Source of the DNA: Waddliaceae bacterium
GTDB lineage: Bacteria; Chlamydiota; Chlamydiia; Chlamydiales; SLFE01
Reading direction: 5' to 3'
Assembly: GCA_963771045.1 (NCBI GenBank)
Contig: CAVYRW010000004.1
Location: forward strand, 1,824,001 to 1,888,000
DNA: 64,000 nt
Each line of letters opens with the position of its first letter. The stretch's first letter is position 1. The position numbers and the translations under genes were made by a program. Positions 1 through 8,290 of the stretch are shown here, piece after piece. The notes under the pieces were generated by a model. The model saw only the letters and a program-made list of their open reading frames with translations, ran no database searches and had not been told where the DNA came from.

Positions 1-326
1 TTAAGCACACTGCGGTCCAAGTTCTTTAAATTGGGTATGCGGGCGGGGTCGATTTTTTCAAGCATCCCCTGTTTGGAGAGGATTTGTTCGTAGTAGTAAG
101 TGGGAAAAATGAGGTCGTACCCTTTCGCTCCGGATCTTAGCTTCGAATAAAGCATTTCATTCGAATCATAGCTGTCGATCACCACGCGGCAATGGCATTT
201 TCCTTCGAACTCTTTGATCACACCCGGGTCGAACATATCGGCCCAGCTGTATATATGAAGCTCTTTTTTCCCGTTATCGCAGGAGGCCAGACACAAAAGA
301 AGCCATAAACAGAGCCAAAGACGCAT
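1..326 (-). CDS. potD: Spermidine/putrescine ABC transporter substrate-binding lipoprotein (5' part; runs off window)
   Basis: Manual translation from ATG 326: MRLWLCLWLLLCLASCDNGKKELHIYSWADMFDP...YDSNEMLYSKL...GYDLIFPT; lipobox LASC; TGATG overlap with potC. Confidence 0.9.
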   Translation of the reverse strand, partial: MRLWLCLWLLLCLASCDNGKKELHIYSWADMFDPGVIKEFEGKCHCRVVIDSYDSNEMLYSKLRSGAKGYDLIFPTYYYEQILSKQGMLEKIDPARIPNLKNLDRSVL

Positions 327-1099
327 CACGCCAAACTCTCCTTAGTTAAAAGCTGAGTGATCAAAGCCAATATAAAAGTAACAGATAAAACGATCGTCGA
401 CAAGGCGTTGATGACCGGCGTCGCTCCGAACTTGATCATTCCGTAGACGTGAATCGGCAAAGTGCTCGTTCCGGGGCCGGCGACGAACGAGGTGACGATA
501 TAGTCGTCGATCGATATCGTGAACGCCAATAGGGCGCCGGAAATGATGCCGGGAGCGAGCATCGGGAGTATGATCCTCGTTAAGGCAGACCAAAGCCCCG
601 CTCCTAAGTCCTGAGCAGCTTCGACAACAGCGTAGTCGAAGTTATCAAGCTTGGCCAATACAACCATAGCCACATAGCTAATGCAAAATGTCGTGTGGGC
701 AATGATAATGGTGACAAGGCCGAGATTGATCGAAAGGGAGATAAACAAAAGAAGCAGGCTCATACCCATCAAAATGTCGGGAACGACAAGCGGTGCATAA
801 ACAAGCCCGTAATGGATGCGCTGCAACGCCGTCTGATAACGGTATAGAGCAAAGGCGCCCAAAGTCCCCATAAAACAGGAAGCAAAGGTGGCCGCCGATC
901 CGATGATCAGAGTATTTCTGACCGCGGCCCAGATGTCGCGGTCCTGAAAGAGGCGAATATACCATTTAAGGGAAAAGCCGCTCCATTCATGGCCGAACCT
1001 CGATTCGTTAAACGAAGTTGCCATCAGGATAATGATCGGCAGATACAAAAACAAAATGACAAGAAAAGTGACAATTTTCGGAAACGTTCCCGTCTTCAT
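326..1099 (-). CDS. potC: Polyamine ABC transporter permease
   Basis: FLYLPI, EAAQDLGA (EAA loop), FTISIDDY, TLPIHVY; position in potABCD; ATG 1099 overlaps potB stop. Confidence 0.93.
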   Translation of the reverse strand: MKTGTFPKIVTFLVILFLYLPIIILMATSFNESRFGHEWSGFSLKWYIRLFQDRDIWAAVRNTLIIGSAATFASCFMGTLGAFALYRYQTALQRIHYGLVYAPLVVPDILMGMSLLLLFISLSINLGLVTIIIAHTTFCISYVAMVVLAKLDNFDYAVVEAAQDLGAGLWSALTRIILPMLAPGIISGALLAFTISIDDYIVTSFVAGPGTSTLPIHVYGMIKFGATPVINALSTIVLSVTFILALITQLLTKESLA

Positions 1100-1968
1100 C
1101 AATGCCCCCTTTTCACACTATGGGATTTGCCGGCCCGGCCCTGAAGGACCGCCGCAATAACCAAAGGAACTAAAATAGACAGCGACAGAAAAGCCGACAA
1201 TGCGCTGGCAAGAGGGATATTCCTCTCGACAAATGTTTTTTGAACAATCTTATTACCGATCATTTCAGCATTCGTCCCCCCCACGATATCGGGAATGATA
1301 TAGGCGCCGAGCGCAGGGATGAATACCAAAAGAGTTGCCGCCATAATGCCCCGCCGGATCGAGGGGAGGAAAACCTTGAAAAAAGCCTTGAACCTGGTCA
1401 TTCCCAAATCCATGGCCGCTTCAAACAGATGATCGTCAAACTTGGAGGCCGCCGCGTAGATCGGCAGAATGGCAAAAGGAATATAACTGTAGACCATCAC
1501 AAGGATGACCGTCCAGGGATGGTAGAGAAGGATGGCGTTGCTCTTGACAATATGCAAGAAGACAAGGGCCTGTTTGAGAAATCCCTCCGGATGGAGCAAT
1601 ACTTTCCAGGCATAAATGCGAATGATAAAACTGCTCCAAAAAGGGAGGACGATGAGGAGAAGGAGCAGGTGCTTCCACTTGCTTTTCATCCTGGCAACGG
1701 CGAAACCGACAGGAAGGGCGAGCAGAAGGCAGAAGCTCGTAGCGATAAAGCTGATGAGAAACGAGCGGTAAATGATAATGAGGTTGCCGAAGCTGAAAAG
1801 GCTTTTAATCGTCTCCCATGTCCAGCCCGTACCGACGCCTCCATAGATCTCGGCCGGTTTGAAGGCAAATGCGTATACAATCAGAGTAGGGATCAAAAAA
1901 AACAGAGTCAGCCAAATAAAGGGAATAGCTGTAATGGAGCACTCGGATGATTTTGCCTTAACCCGCAT
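1099..1968 (-). CDS. potB: Polyamine ABC transporter permease
   Basis: LPFWSSFIIRIYAW, EAAMDLG, FIPALGAYIIPDIVGG; ATG 1968 preceded by GGGGAGGGG; start lies inside the palindromic element. Confidence 0.92.
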   Translation of the reverse strand: MRVKAKSSECSITAIPFIWLTLFFLIPTLIVYAFAFKPAEIYGGVGTGWTWETIKSLFSFGNLIIIYRSFLISFIATSFCLLLALPVGFAVARMKSKWKHLLLLLIVLPFWSSFIIRIYAWKVLLHPEGFLKQALVFLHIVKSNAILLYHPWTVILVMVYSYIPFAILPIYAAASKFDDHLFEAAMDLGMTRFKAFFKVFLPSIRRGIMAATLLVFIPALGAYIIPDIVGGTNAEMIGNKIVQKTFVERNIPLASALSAFLSLSILVPLVIAAVLQGRAGKSHSVKRGH

Positions 1969-2115
1969 TTCTCGCCCCTCCCCGTGAAAGTTGCGCAAGC
2001 TGCTTGCCTTGTTTGCAAAAACTCGAAGAGCGGCCCAGTTGCAAAACTAAACCGGCGAGAGTTTTATGCAAAATCGGCAAAGAAGTTGTGCCACTTTGTG
2101 AGAAATACGGGTTAA
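1958..2115. mobile_element. Non-autonomous palindromic element (MITE/RPE-like, family A) flanked by duplicated TTAA
   Basis: TTAACCCGCATTTCTC (1958-1973) vs GAGAAATACGGGTTAA (2100-2115) are 15/16 inverted; further nested arms (aaagttgcgcaa/ttgtgccacttt, ttgcc/ggcaa, tttgca/tgcaaa, aaaactc/gagtttt); excision restores a normal potA-potB overlap. Confidence 0.8.
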
Positions 2116-3290
2116 CCATCTCCCTCCTCCGATTCGTCGGTTTCCCCGACAGTTTCCCAGGGAAGCTCGGTCATTGACATATCCTCTTCGCTATACCTTT
2201 CAAGCATATAACCGTCATCGGCATGCCACCAGAGCCATACTTTTTCCTCCCAGGTTATCGGCTTGCCATCGAGGAGAAAGCGGCTGTTTGACTGCAATAT
2301 CGCGAAACGATAATCCTCGACCCTCACCCAATATTTCGTGTGGTCCCCTTTATAGACGATATCTTCGACCTCGCCCTGAAACACATTGTGCAGAGCATGG
2401 TTTTCGGGTTGTTTTCTAGAAATATGAATCTTTTCCGGACGGATGCTCATGTGGACAAGCTCGCCGATCTTCAGTTTCTTATCATTAAAGCAGGTCACGG
2501 TATGCGACAGCCCCTCCAGACTGATTTCGCTGTAGTCCTCGGAGCTTTTCTCGACCACTTTCCCGTCAAGGAAGTTTGTGTCGCCGATAAACGCCGCGAC
2601 AAAGCTGCTTTTGGGAGCCTCATAGAGCTCCATCGGAGAGCCGATCTGCTCGATCTTCCCCCAGTTCATGACAGCGATCCGGTCGCTGACAGCCATTGCC
2701 TCAGTCTGGTCGTGAGTCACGAATAAAAAGATAATGCCTACCTCGTCATGAATCAGGTCGATCTCCATTAGCATCTTCTGCCTCAGCTTGAGGTCGAGCG
2801 CAGAAAGCGGCTCGTCCAGAAGGAGAAGATTCGGCTGATTGATGAGGGCCCTTGCAATGGCGACCCTCTGTTTTTGGCCGCCCGAAATTTCAGCGGGTTT
2901 TTTGCTCCAGAAATCTTCCATTTGAATGAGGGAGAGCATTTTGTCCACTTCGCGATGAATCTCCTCAGAGCTTCGCCCCTTGACCCTCAGACCGAAAGCA
3001 ATGTTTTCCCAAACAGACAAATGCGGAAACAAAGCGTAGTTTTGAAAGACAGTATTGACAGGCCGCTTATTGGGAGGGAGGTAGGTGATATCTTGTCCAT
3101 TGAGAATGACCCTTCCCGAATCGGGCATCTCCAGGCCGGCGGCAATCCTAAGAAGCGTCGTTTTCCCGCATCCGCTGGAGCCGAGAAGGGAAAAAAACTC
3201 CCCGTCTTTGATTGTAAAGCTAACATTGTCAACAGCGGCAACATCTCCAAACTTTTTGGAAATATTCTGAAACTCCAGGATATTCGCCAT
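2112..3290 (-). CDS. potA: Polyamine ABC transporter ATP-binding subunit
   Basis: Walker A GSSGCGKTT, VNTVFQNYALFPH, ISGGQKQR, LLLDEP, TOBE-like C-terminus; ATG 3290 with GAGGG upstream. Confidence 0.95.
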   Translation of the reverse strand: MANILEFQNISKKFGDVAAVDNVSFTIKDGEFFSLLGSSGCGKTTLLRIAAGLEMPDSGRVILNGQDITYLPPNKRPVNTVFQNYALFPHLSVWENIAFGLRVKGRSSEEIHREVDKMLSLIQMEDFWSKKPAEISGGQKQRVAIARALINQPNLLLLDEPLSALDLKLRQKMLMEIDLIHDEVGIIFLFVTHDQTEAMAVSDRIAVMNWGKIEQIGSPMELYEAPKSSFVAAFIGDTNFLDGKVVEKSSEDYSEISLEGLSHTVTCFNDKKLKIGELVHMSIRPEKIHISRKQPENHALHNVFQGEVEDIVYKGDHTKYWVRVEDYRFAILQSNSRFLLDGKPITWEEKVWLWWHADDGYMLERYSEEDMSMTELPWETVGETDESEEGDG

Positions 3291-3318
3291 ATATTTTCTC
3301 CCTCGAAAACAGCAGATA

Positions 3319-3347
3319 ATCATAGCTGAAATTCATTAGATATGCAA
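3319..3347 (-). promoter_or_regulatory. Putative sigma70/sigma66 promoter of pot operon
   Basis: TTGCAT-N17-TATGAT on the minus strand, 28 nt upstream of the potA ATG. Confidence 0.5.
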
Positions 3348-3447
3348 CCCGATTTTGAAATGTTTATTAGTAAAAATAAACTCTATTTTTGAACCTGGGA
3401 TTTTATTCTTTTTTTTAATAGTCTCCTTGTAAACAAGGGAGGTCGTC

Positions 3448-5475
3448 ATGATTTCAGGATTAAGGAAAACCTTCAGCCAGCAGCAAGATCAAGTCAAAAC
3501 GATTCAAGATGTTAACAATCGAGGTTTGTTCGTCTGTCACAAAGCAGCCCTTTTCAAAAAACGGGATTACTGGGAGAAGGAAACCTGGTGGGATTGTATT
3601 GGTCATATTGCAGAAGGGAGGATAAAAAAGAAACGAATTTCCCAACAAGATCTTTTGCTCTGTTATCTATTTGCGATTGCCATTGATCCTAAACGAAGCA
3701 CAGAAGACAAACAATCCCTTTTCTCAAAATGTCAGAAAAAAGAAGACTCTTACTATGCTTTGGGCAAAAAGCTTCCCGCTGTTATGAGCACGCATATTCT
3801 GCGCTATTGCACATCTGATGTATGGGAAGGTTCGTGTAAGCAGATTCTGAAATATCGTGATATTTCAAATTACGAAAAATTTTTTATCAAATGGATCAAA
3901 CAAACAGTTGTTAATAAGTGGACTCAAAAGGAAAAGGAGGCATTTTTAGATAGACTCTTCTCTTTTCTCCCATCTAAAACAAGCGATGAAATCCTTTATT
4001 ATTCTCTGATGTATCTTTCTGCAGATCTGCAAAAACAGCTCTCTGAATGCTGTCCGCATTTACTGGCAGAGCGGATTGAAAACTTAAAAAAAGAGGTGGC
4101 TCAATTTGGCCAGTTTACTCTTTTGGGGTTAGAATCAAAAAAGGAGCCTGTTCAAATTCCCTTCAGCGGGAATCAAAGGCAATATTTTCTTAACTGGTTT
4201 TACAATAACGCCCTCGACCAAAATGATGCAACGTTTGTCGCCATAGATTTTAATAAACAGGACTGGAAATCTTTCCCCCCTTCCATATGCCCTTACGCTA
4301 TGAAATGGATGACGGCGGCAGCTAATTCCCCGAGCTGCTCCCCACAATTTTGGCTATTCTTTCACTGTGCCTCTCATGCGATTGAAAAGGAAGACGGATG
4401 GAAAAAAATTTCTTCTAAGGCCTATCAAGAATTTTTCAAAGCTTTAACTGGAAAGATTCTGGCTAAATTCTTTAATGCGTTTCCTGATGCATTGCAAAAT
4501 AAGATTGTTGAGAACTTAACAATTGAACCAAAAAGTTGGCTTCAAAACATTCTAGAAAATTCAAAAGATGATTTTGATTCCGTTACCTTCTCGATATCAA
4601 GAATTTTCACTTTGATTTCAAAAAAAAGATCGTCTCAAGCAGCTATTGCTGCCATATTCGACATAAAACAAAACAACAACGCTTTTATGCTAACGACTTT
4701 CTGTTCATTGAGCATGGACCACCGCGAAGAAATTCTCAGGCATATTCTGTTTGATCGTGCTGCGGGAATCGAGACGCTAAGTCGGTGGGTTGAACTTTGG
4801 CTTCAAAAGGGAGGGCCCCTAAGACCCTATACAAAAGAGATACTCGCAAAAGATTTCTATACTCTTTTACAAAAAGTCGACCCTACAGTGGCAAGCGAAC
4901 TAAAAGACGCCCTGGCATCTACTAACGACCAGGAAATGATCAACTCACTTCTCCCTGTCGGCATCGATTTCGCGGATCCACTCGTACGTCAATCAAAAGC
5001 TATCAAAAACCTGAAACACCATTTCCTCGCAACTCAAATATCAGATCGAAATAGAGAGAATTTTGTTAGAAGTTTGCGGAAAGACTTAGAAGGAGAAGAG
5101 GAAGCTTCTCTCTGGCTTCCAAAATTGTTTAAACAACTTCCCAAGCAAACCTGGCCTCTTATTTTTGTCTATTTTGCAAAAGAGCTTCGGGCGTCGAGCT
5201 GGATGCCCGATAGGAAGGAATGGGTCAGTATTGCCCAGGAAACGCTGCCTCAGATGATTGATAATCCTTGTTTGGAAAACCAAAGACGCGCCCTTACTTG
5301 CCTTCCTGACGATGCAATGGAGAGTCTTTATCAAGTTGCCAATGACACTCAAAGCATCAAGGCGGTGATTCAGAAATTCATTGAGAAAGCGCCGCCTGCA
5401 CAAGTTATCCCAGTCATGAATCTCCTGGGACGAAACAATTTCTGGGTGATACGGATGGATTTAATCAACTCATGA
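3448..5475 (+). CDS. Hypothetical protein (helical, AT-rich, orphan-like)
   Basis: 675-aa ORF with GGGAGG RBS; no recognised motif. Confidence 0.75.
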   Translation: MISGLRKTFSQQQDQVKTIQDVNNRGLFVCHKAALFKKRDYWEKETWWDCIGHIAEGRIKKKRISQQDLLLCYLFAIAIDPKRSTEDKQSLFSKCQKKEDSYYALGKKLPAVMSTHILRYCTSDVWEGSCKQILKYRDISNYEKFFIKWIKQTVVNKWTQKEKEAFLDRLFSFLPSKTSDEILYYSLMYLSADLQKQLSECCPHLLAERIENLKKEVAQFGQFTLLGLESKKEPVQIPFSGNQRQYFLNWFYNNALDQNDATFVAIDFNKQDWKSFPPSICPYAMKWMTAAANSPSCSPQFWLFFHCASHAIEKEDGWKKISSKAYQEFFKALTGKILAKFFNAFPDALQNKIVENLTIEPKSWLQNILENSKDDFDSVTFSISRIFTLISKKRSSQAAIAAIFDIKQNNNAFMLTTFCSLSMDHREEILRHILFDRAAGIETLSRWVELWLQKGGPLRPYTKEILAKDFYTLLQKVDPTVASELKDALASTNDQEMINSLLPVGIDFADPLVRQSKAIKNLKHHFLATQISDRNRENFVRSLRKDLEGEEEASLWLPKLFKQLPKQTWPLIFVYFAKELRASSWMPDRKEWVSIAQETLPQMIDNPCLENQRRALTCLPDDAMESLYQVANDTQSIKAVIQKFIEKAPPAQVIPVMNLLGRNNFWVIRMDLINS

Positions 5476-6491
5476 TATCCGCCCTCGAAAAAATAAAAGC
5501 CGGCAAAAAGGCCTTCATAGCCAAGTGTTTGATGGAAAAAGGGGCCGATATAACAAGCCCTATTGACTTAGAAGTCCTCTTTTGGAAAAAGCCCTACCTT
5601 AAAAATGACAAGGAAAGAAGCGCGCTCGCCAAAACCCTCATCCAGGAGATGGATATTAAGTTCCTGAATTATTTTTACAATTCAAGAGTCCCAATAACAA
5701 GTATTGTTAAAAGCCTTAAGATTACCGAACAAGCCTATACTGAACAAATGTTCTTTAAATGGATAAATTCGCTTTGCGAAGCAAATGACCGCATAGACAT
5801 TAGATTCACGATTTTTCAAAAGATTTGCTCCTCATATTCCAAAGCAGGTATGGACATATTCAAACTGCTAAAACATAAAAATCTACAGAAGTCATTGCCA
5901 ACAATTCAAAATTGGTTTGCCCGGTCCTGCCTCATCGACAATCATCTCTTTATAAAAAAAACGGAGGGCCTGACTCTCTTAAAAGCTTTTAATGAACAAG
6001 AATTGTATCCCGCTGTATTTCGTAAAATCGAGGCAATCGTCAATGATTTATGCGTTTCATTTTATGATTTGGAGGTTCTCTTCACTTCTCTTGAGAAATT
6101 AAGATGCAAAGATGAATGTCTCCGTCAACTTTTCGAAAAACAAAAAGACGTTGCCGCAGCATTGAAAACCTGTTTCGAAAAGCATTTGCTTAAGTGTTTT
6201 TTTCTTCATAACATTCCTCAGGTTATTCGTTTAGTTTGCCAATTGATTCCTACTTGGAAGAAGTCCCTGATCGCCTGGACCAAGGATCAGATCAAAGTAG
6301 ACAAAGAGGTGTCGATACATTATGGCAGAGAACCTCGGCATGATGATATCATCGCCCTTTTCAAATCGCTTAATGAAGTCAACTTGTTGGACGCTTTCAT
6401 GAGCTTGCTCAAGTCGGATGCTTCGGAGGAATTGGCTCGCGATATCAATGTTGTTTACAGTCAATTTTCCAAAAAAAAGAATAAAAAATAG
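5472..6491 (+). CDS. Hypothetical protein, possible paralog of upstream gene
   Basis: 339-aa ORF, ATGA overlap with the previous ORF; shares spaced motifs (MIS start, FFxKWI-like, NWF). Confidence 0.72.
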   Translation: MISALEKIKAGKKAFIAKCLMEKGADITSPIDLEVLFWKKPYLKNDKERSALAKTLIQEMDIKFLNYFYNSRVPITSIVKSLKITEQAYTEQMFFKWINSLCEANDRIDIRFTIFQKICSSYSKAGMDIFKLLKHKNLQKSLPTIQNWFARSCLIDNHLFIKKTEGLTLLKAFNEQELYPAVFRKIEAIVNDLCVSFYDLEVLFTSLEKLRCKDECLRQLFEKQKDVAAALKTCFEKHLLKCFFLHNIPQVIRLVCQLIPTWKKSLIAWTKDQIKVDKEVSIHYGREPRHDDIIALFKSLNEVNLLDAFMSLLKSDASEELARDINVVYSQFSKKKNKK

Positions 6492-6647
6492 CAAAAACAG
6501 TTTAAAAAACGTCTTTTTTTGTCTTCTTCTTTCTATTTTTTAAAAAATTTACTATCAATAATTAATCCCATTTTTACCCAAAATTAATAATAATTTAACA
6601 TTAAAATGCTTAAATAGAGATGAATTAAAAACAAAAGGATAGAAGAA

Positions 6648-8180
6648 ATGGCTCTTAAAGTAGGAATATCAGTTAAAACCGCAGATTTCTTAACCCCTGC
6701 AGCAAAGCAATTTTCATCTTACACGGTAAATGTGGACGCCTCGGATAAATTATTTACCCCTGTTGCGATGCAATCTTCGTCTGAAATCAAAAATATCGAC
6801 GTTTCAAAGGCTAAGAGCACTGCCTCCAAAGCTAAGAAGGTTGCAGAGAAAACTTTCTTAAAATTCCCCTCTTTTGTTGGAAGTTCCTTGTTGAAATTCT
6901 TTTTAAAAGGAAAAAATATCTACTCTGTCGGCGGAAAAGCCGCGAAAGTCGGAAAAAGAGCCTGCAATATCTTCGAAAAAGCCACTCCCGGCAGAAGGCT
7001 AGGAGTCGCCGCAGGGAAAACCGGCAACCATTTCAAAATCCTCAACGCGCTTGAAATTCCCTTCAATATTTTCGATGCTGTCAAAGAAGTCATCTCCATC
7101 CCCTCTAAGATCAAAATTAAGGACTTGGAAGGGCTCGGACTGTCCGCAGCTTCAATCGGCCTGCTCGTCGGCGATACTTTCGACGCTGTGGCGACTATGG
7201 CCGACTATATCATCACTGGTTTTGTCGGGTCCAACCCGGTTCTCTCTATTGTGAGCCAAACCTTGCTTCCCCTGGGGATGGTTTTGGTCACCGGATCTTC
7301 CGCCTTAAAAGTGTATAAACTCGGAATTACGGCATTCGAGCTTCACCGCGTGAATAGGGCTCTTAGGAAAAAAGACCTTAATAAGATGCAAACACATCTC
7401 GACAAATTGGCAGGAATGACAAAGAAAGAAAGAAAGAAAATTTTAAATAAAGCAGAGAGAAAAACTCATTCTAAAATTGAAAAAAAAGTCAAATCCGAGT
7501 TGAAAAAGCAAGGATTAAAGAAAGAAACAGATGAATATACCGAGCAATTTGCAATAGAATTTCAAAAAGAACATGACGCTCACTTTGCAATATTAACTAA
7601 CGTTCGATTCCATAAAGAAGCAGCCAAGCTGAAAAAGCTTAAGACCAACCGATTGCAGCGAAGAACCAACGGAAAAGTCGCAAAAATCCTGACAGAAATT
7701 GTCAATGACCCTGAAAAAATAAACGATCCCGAGGAATTGCAAAAAGCCCTTAAGATGCTGAAAAAAAGCCTCATCAAGACCACTTGCGTCCACTCTGCCA
7801 ATATATTGACAAACATGATCATCCTAGCCGGCCTGGCTCTCTTCTTCGCTCCGGTTCCCCCGATTGCCCCCTTCGTGTTACTGGGAGTCGGCGCTCTCTT
7901 GAAACTGGGCATTACTGTCGGCGAAGAGTATGTGATCAGCGACAATCGCTTGATCCCAAAAGAGTATCGCAATGAATACTTAAAGAAGAAAGGATCGAAA
8001 AAATCCAGCTCCTTCGGGTTATTGGGCTTGATGGCAAAATGCGCAAAATCCGCAAGAGAATGCTTCGGCCTTCGTCACAAGGCAAAGTCTAATGCAAAAG
8101 AATATGTAAAACAGAAGCTATCTGAAAGAAGCCTCCAGCTGCAAAGAAGGCAATCCCTTTTACAGTCAGAATTCGCTTAA
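6648..8180 (+). CDS. Putative inclusion-membrane (Inc-like) / type III-secreted membrane protein
   Basis: No Sec signal; S/T/K-rich N-terminus; bilobed hydrophobic hairpin ILTNMIILAGLALFFAPVPPIAPFVLLGVGALLKLGITVG plus a second hydrophobic region; Lys-rich coiled coil. Confidence 0.55.
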   Translation: MALKVGISVKTADFLTPAAKQFSSYTVNVDASDKLFTPVAMQSSSEIKNIDVSKAKSTASKAKKVAEKTFLKFPSFVGSSLLKFFLKGKNIYSVGGKAAKVGKRACNIFEKATPGRRLGVAAGKTGNHFKILNALEIPFNIFDAVKEVISIPSKIKIKDLEGLGLSAASIGLLVGDTFDAVATMADYIITGFVGSNPVLSIVSQTLLPLGMVLVTGSSALKVYKLGITAFELHRVNRALRKKDLNKMQTHLDKLAGMTKKERKKILNKAERKTHSKIEKKVKSELKKQGLKKETDEYTEQFAIEFQKEHDAHFAILTNVRFHKEAAKLKKLKTNRLQRRTNGKVAKILTEIVNDPEKINDPEELQKALKMLKKSLIKTTCVHSANILTNMIILAGLALFFAPVPPIAPFVLLGVGALLKLGITVGEEYVISDNRLIPKEYRNEYLKKKGSKKSSSFGLLGLMAKCAKSARECFGLRHKAKSNAKEYVKQKLSERSLQLQRRQSLLQSEFA

Positions 8181-8182
8181 AG

Positions 8183-8216
8183 CCGTGATTGTGACCTAAT
8201 CTGAGGCCAATCACGG
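8183..8216. repeat. Collapsed copy of palindromic element family B
   Basis: CCGTGATTGTGACCTAATCTGAGGC followed by CAATCACGG; the first 25 nt are the exact reverse complement of 19841-19865 and 37755-37779. Confidence 0.9.
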
Positions 8217-8290
8217 ATAAAAATCCCAAATTTAGTGGAATGCATTCCACTATTCGTAAGAAAAGCGGACTTGAATTAGTATCAGGGTCA

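Noticed and set aside
1240..1950. 236-aa + strand ORF, and similar shadow ORFs (11098-11955, 29595-30638, 37836-38471)
   Set aside because: They lie within well-supported genes and carry no motifs.
1969..1998. Longer potB start at TTG 1998
   Set aside because: Lies inside the element without an RBS; ATG 1968 has a G-rich SD and matches the reconstructed N-terminus.
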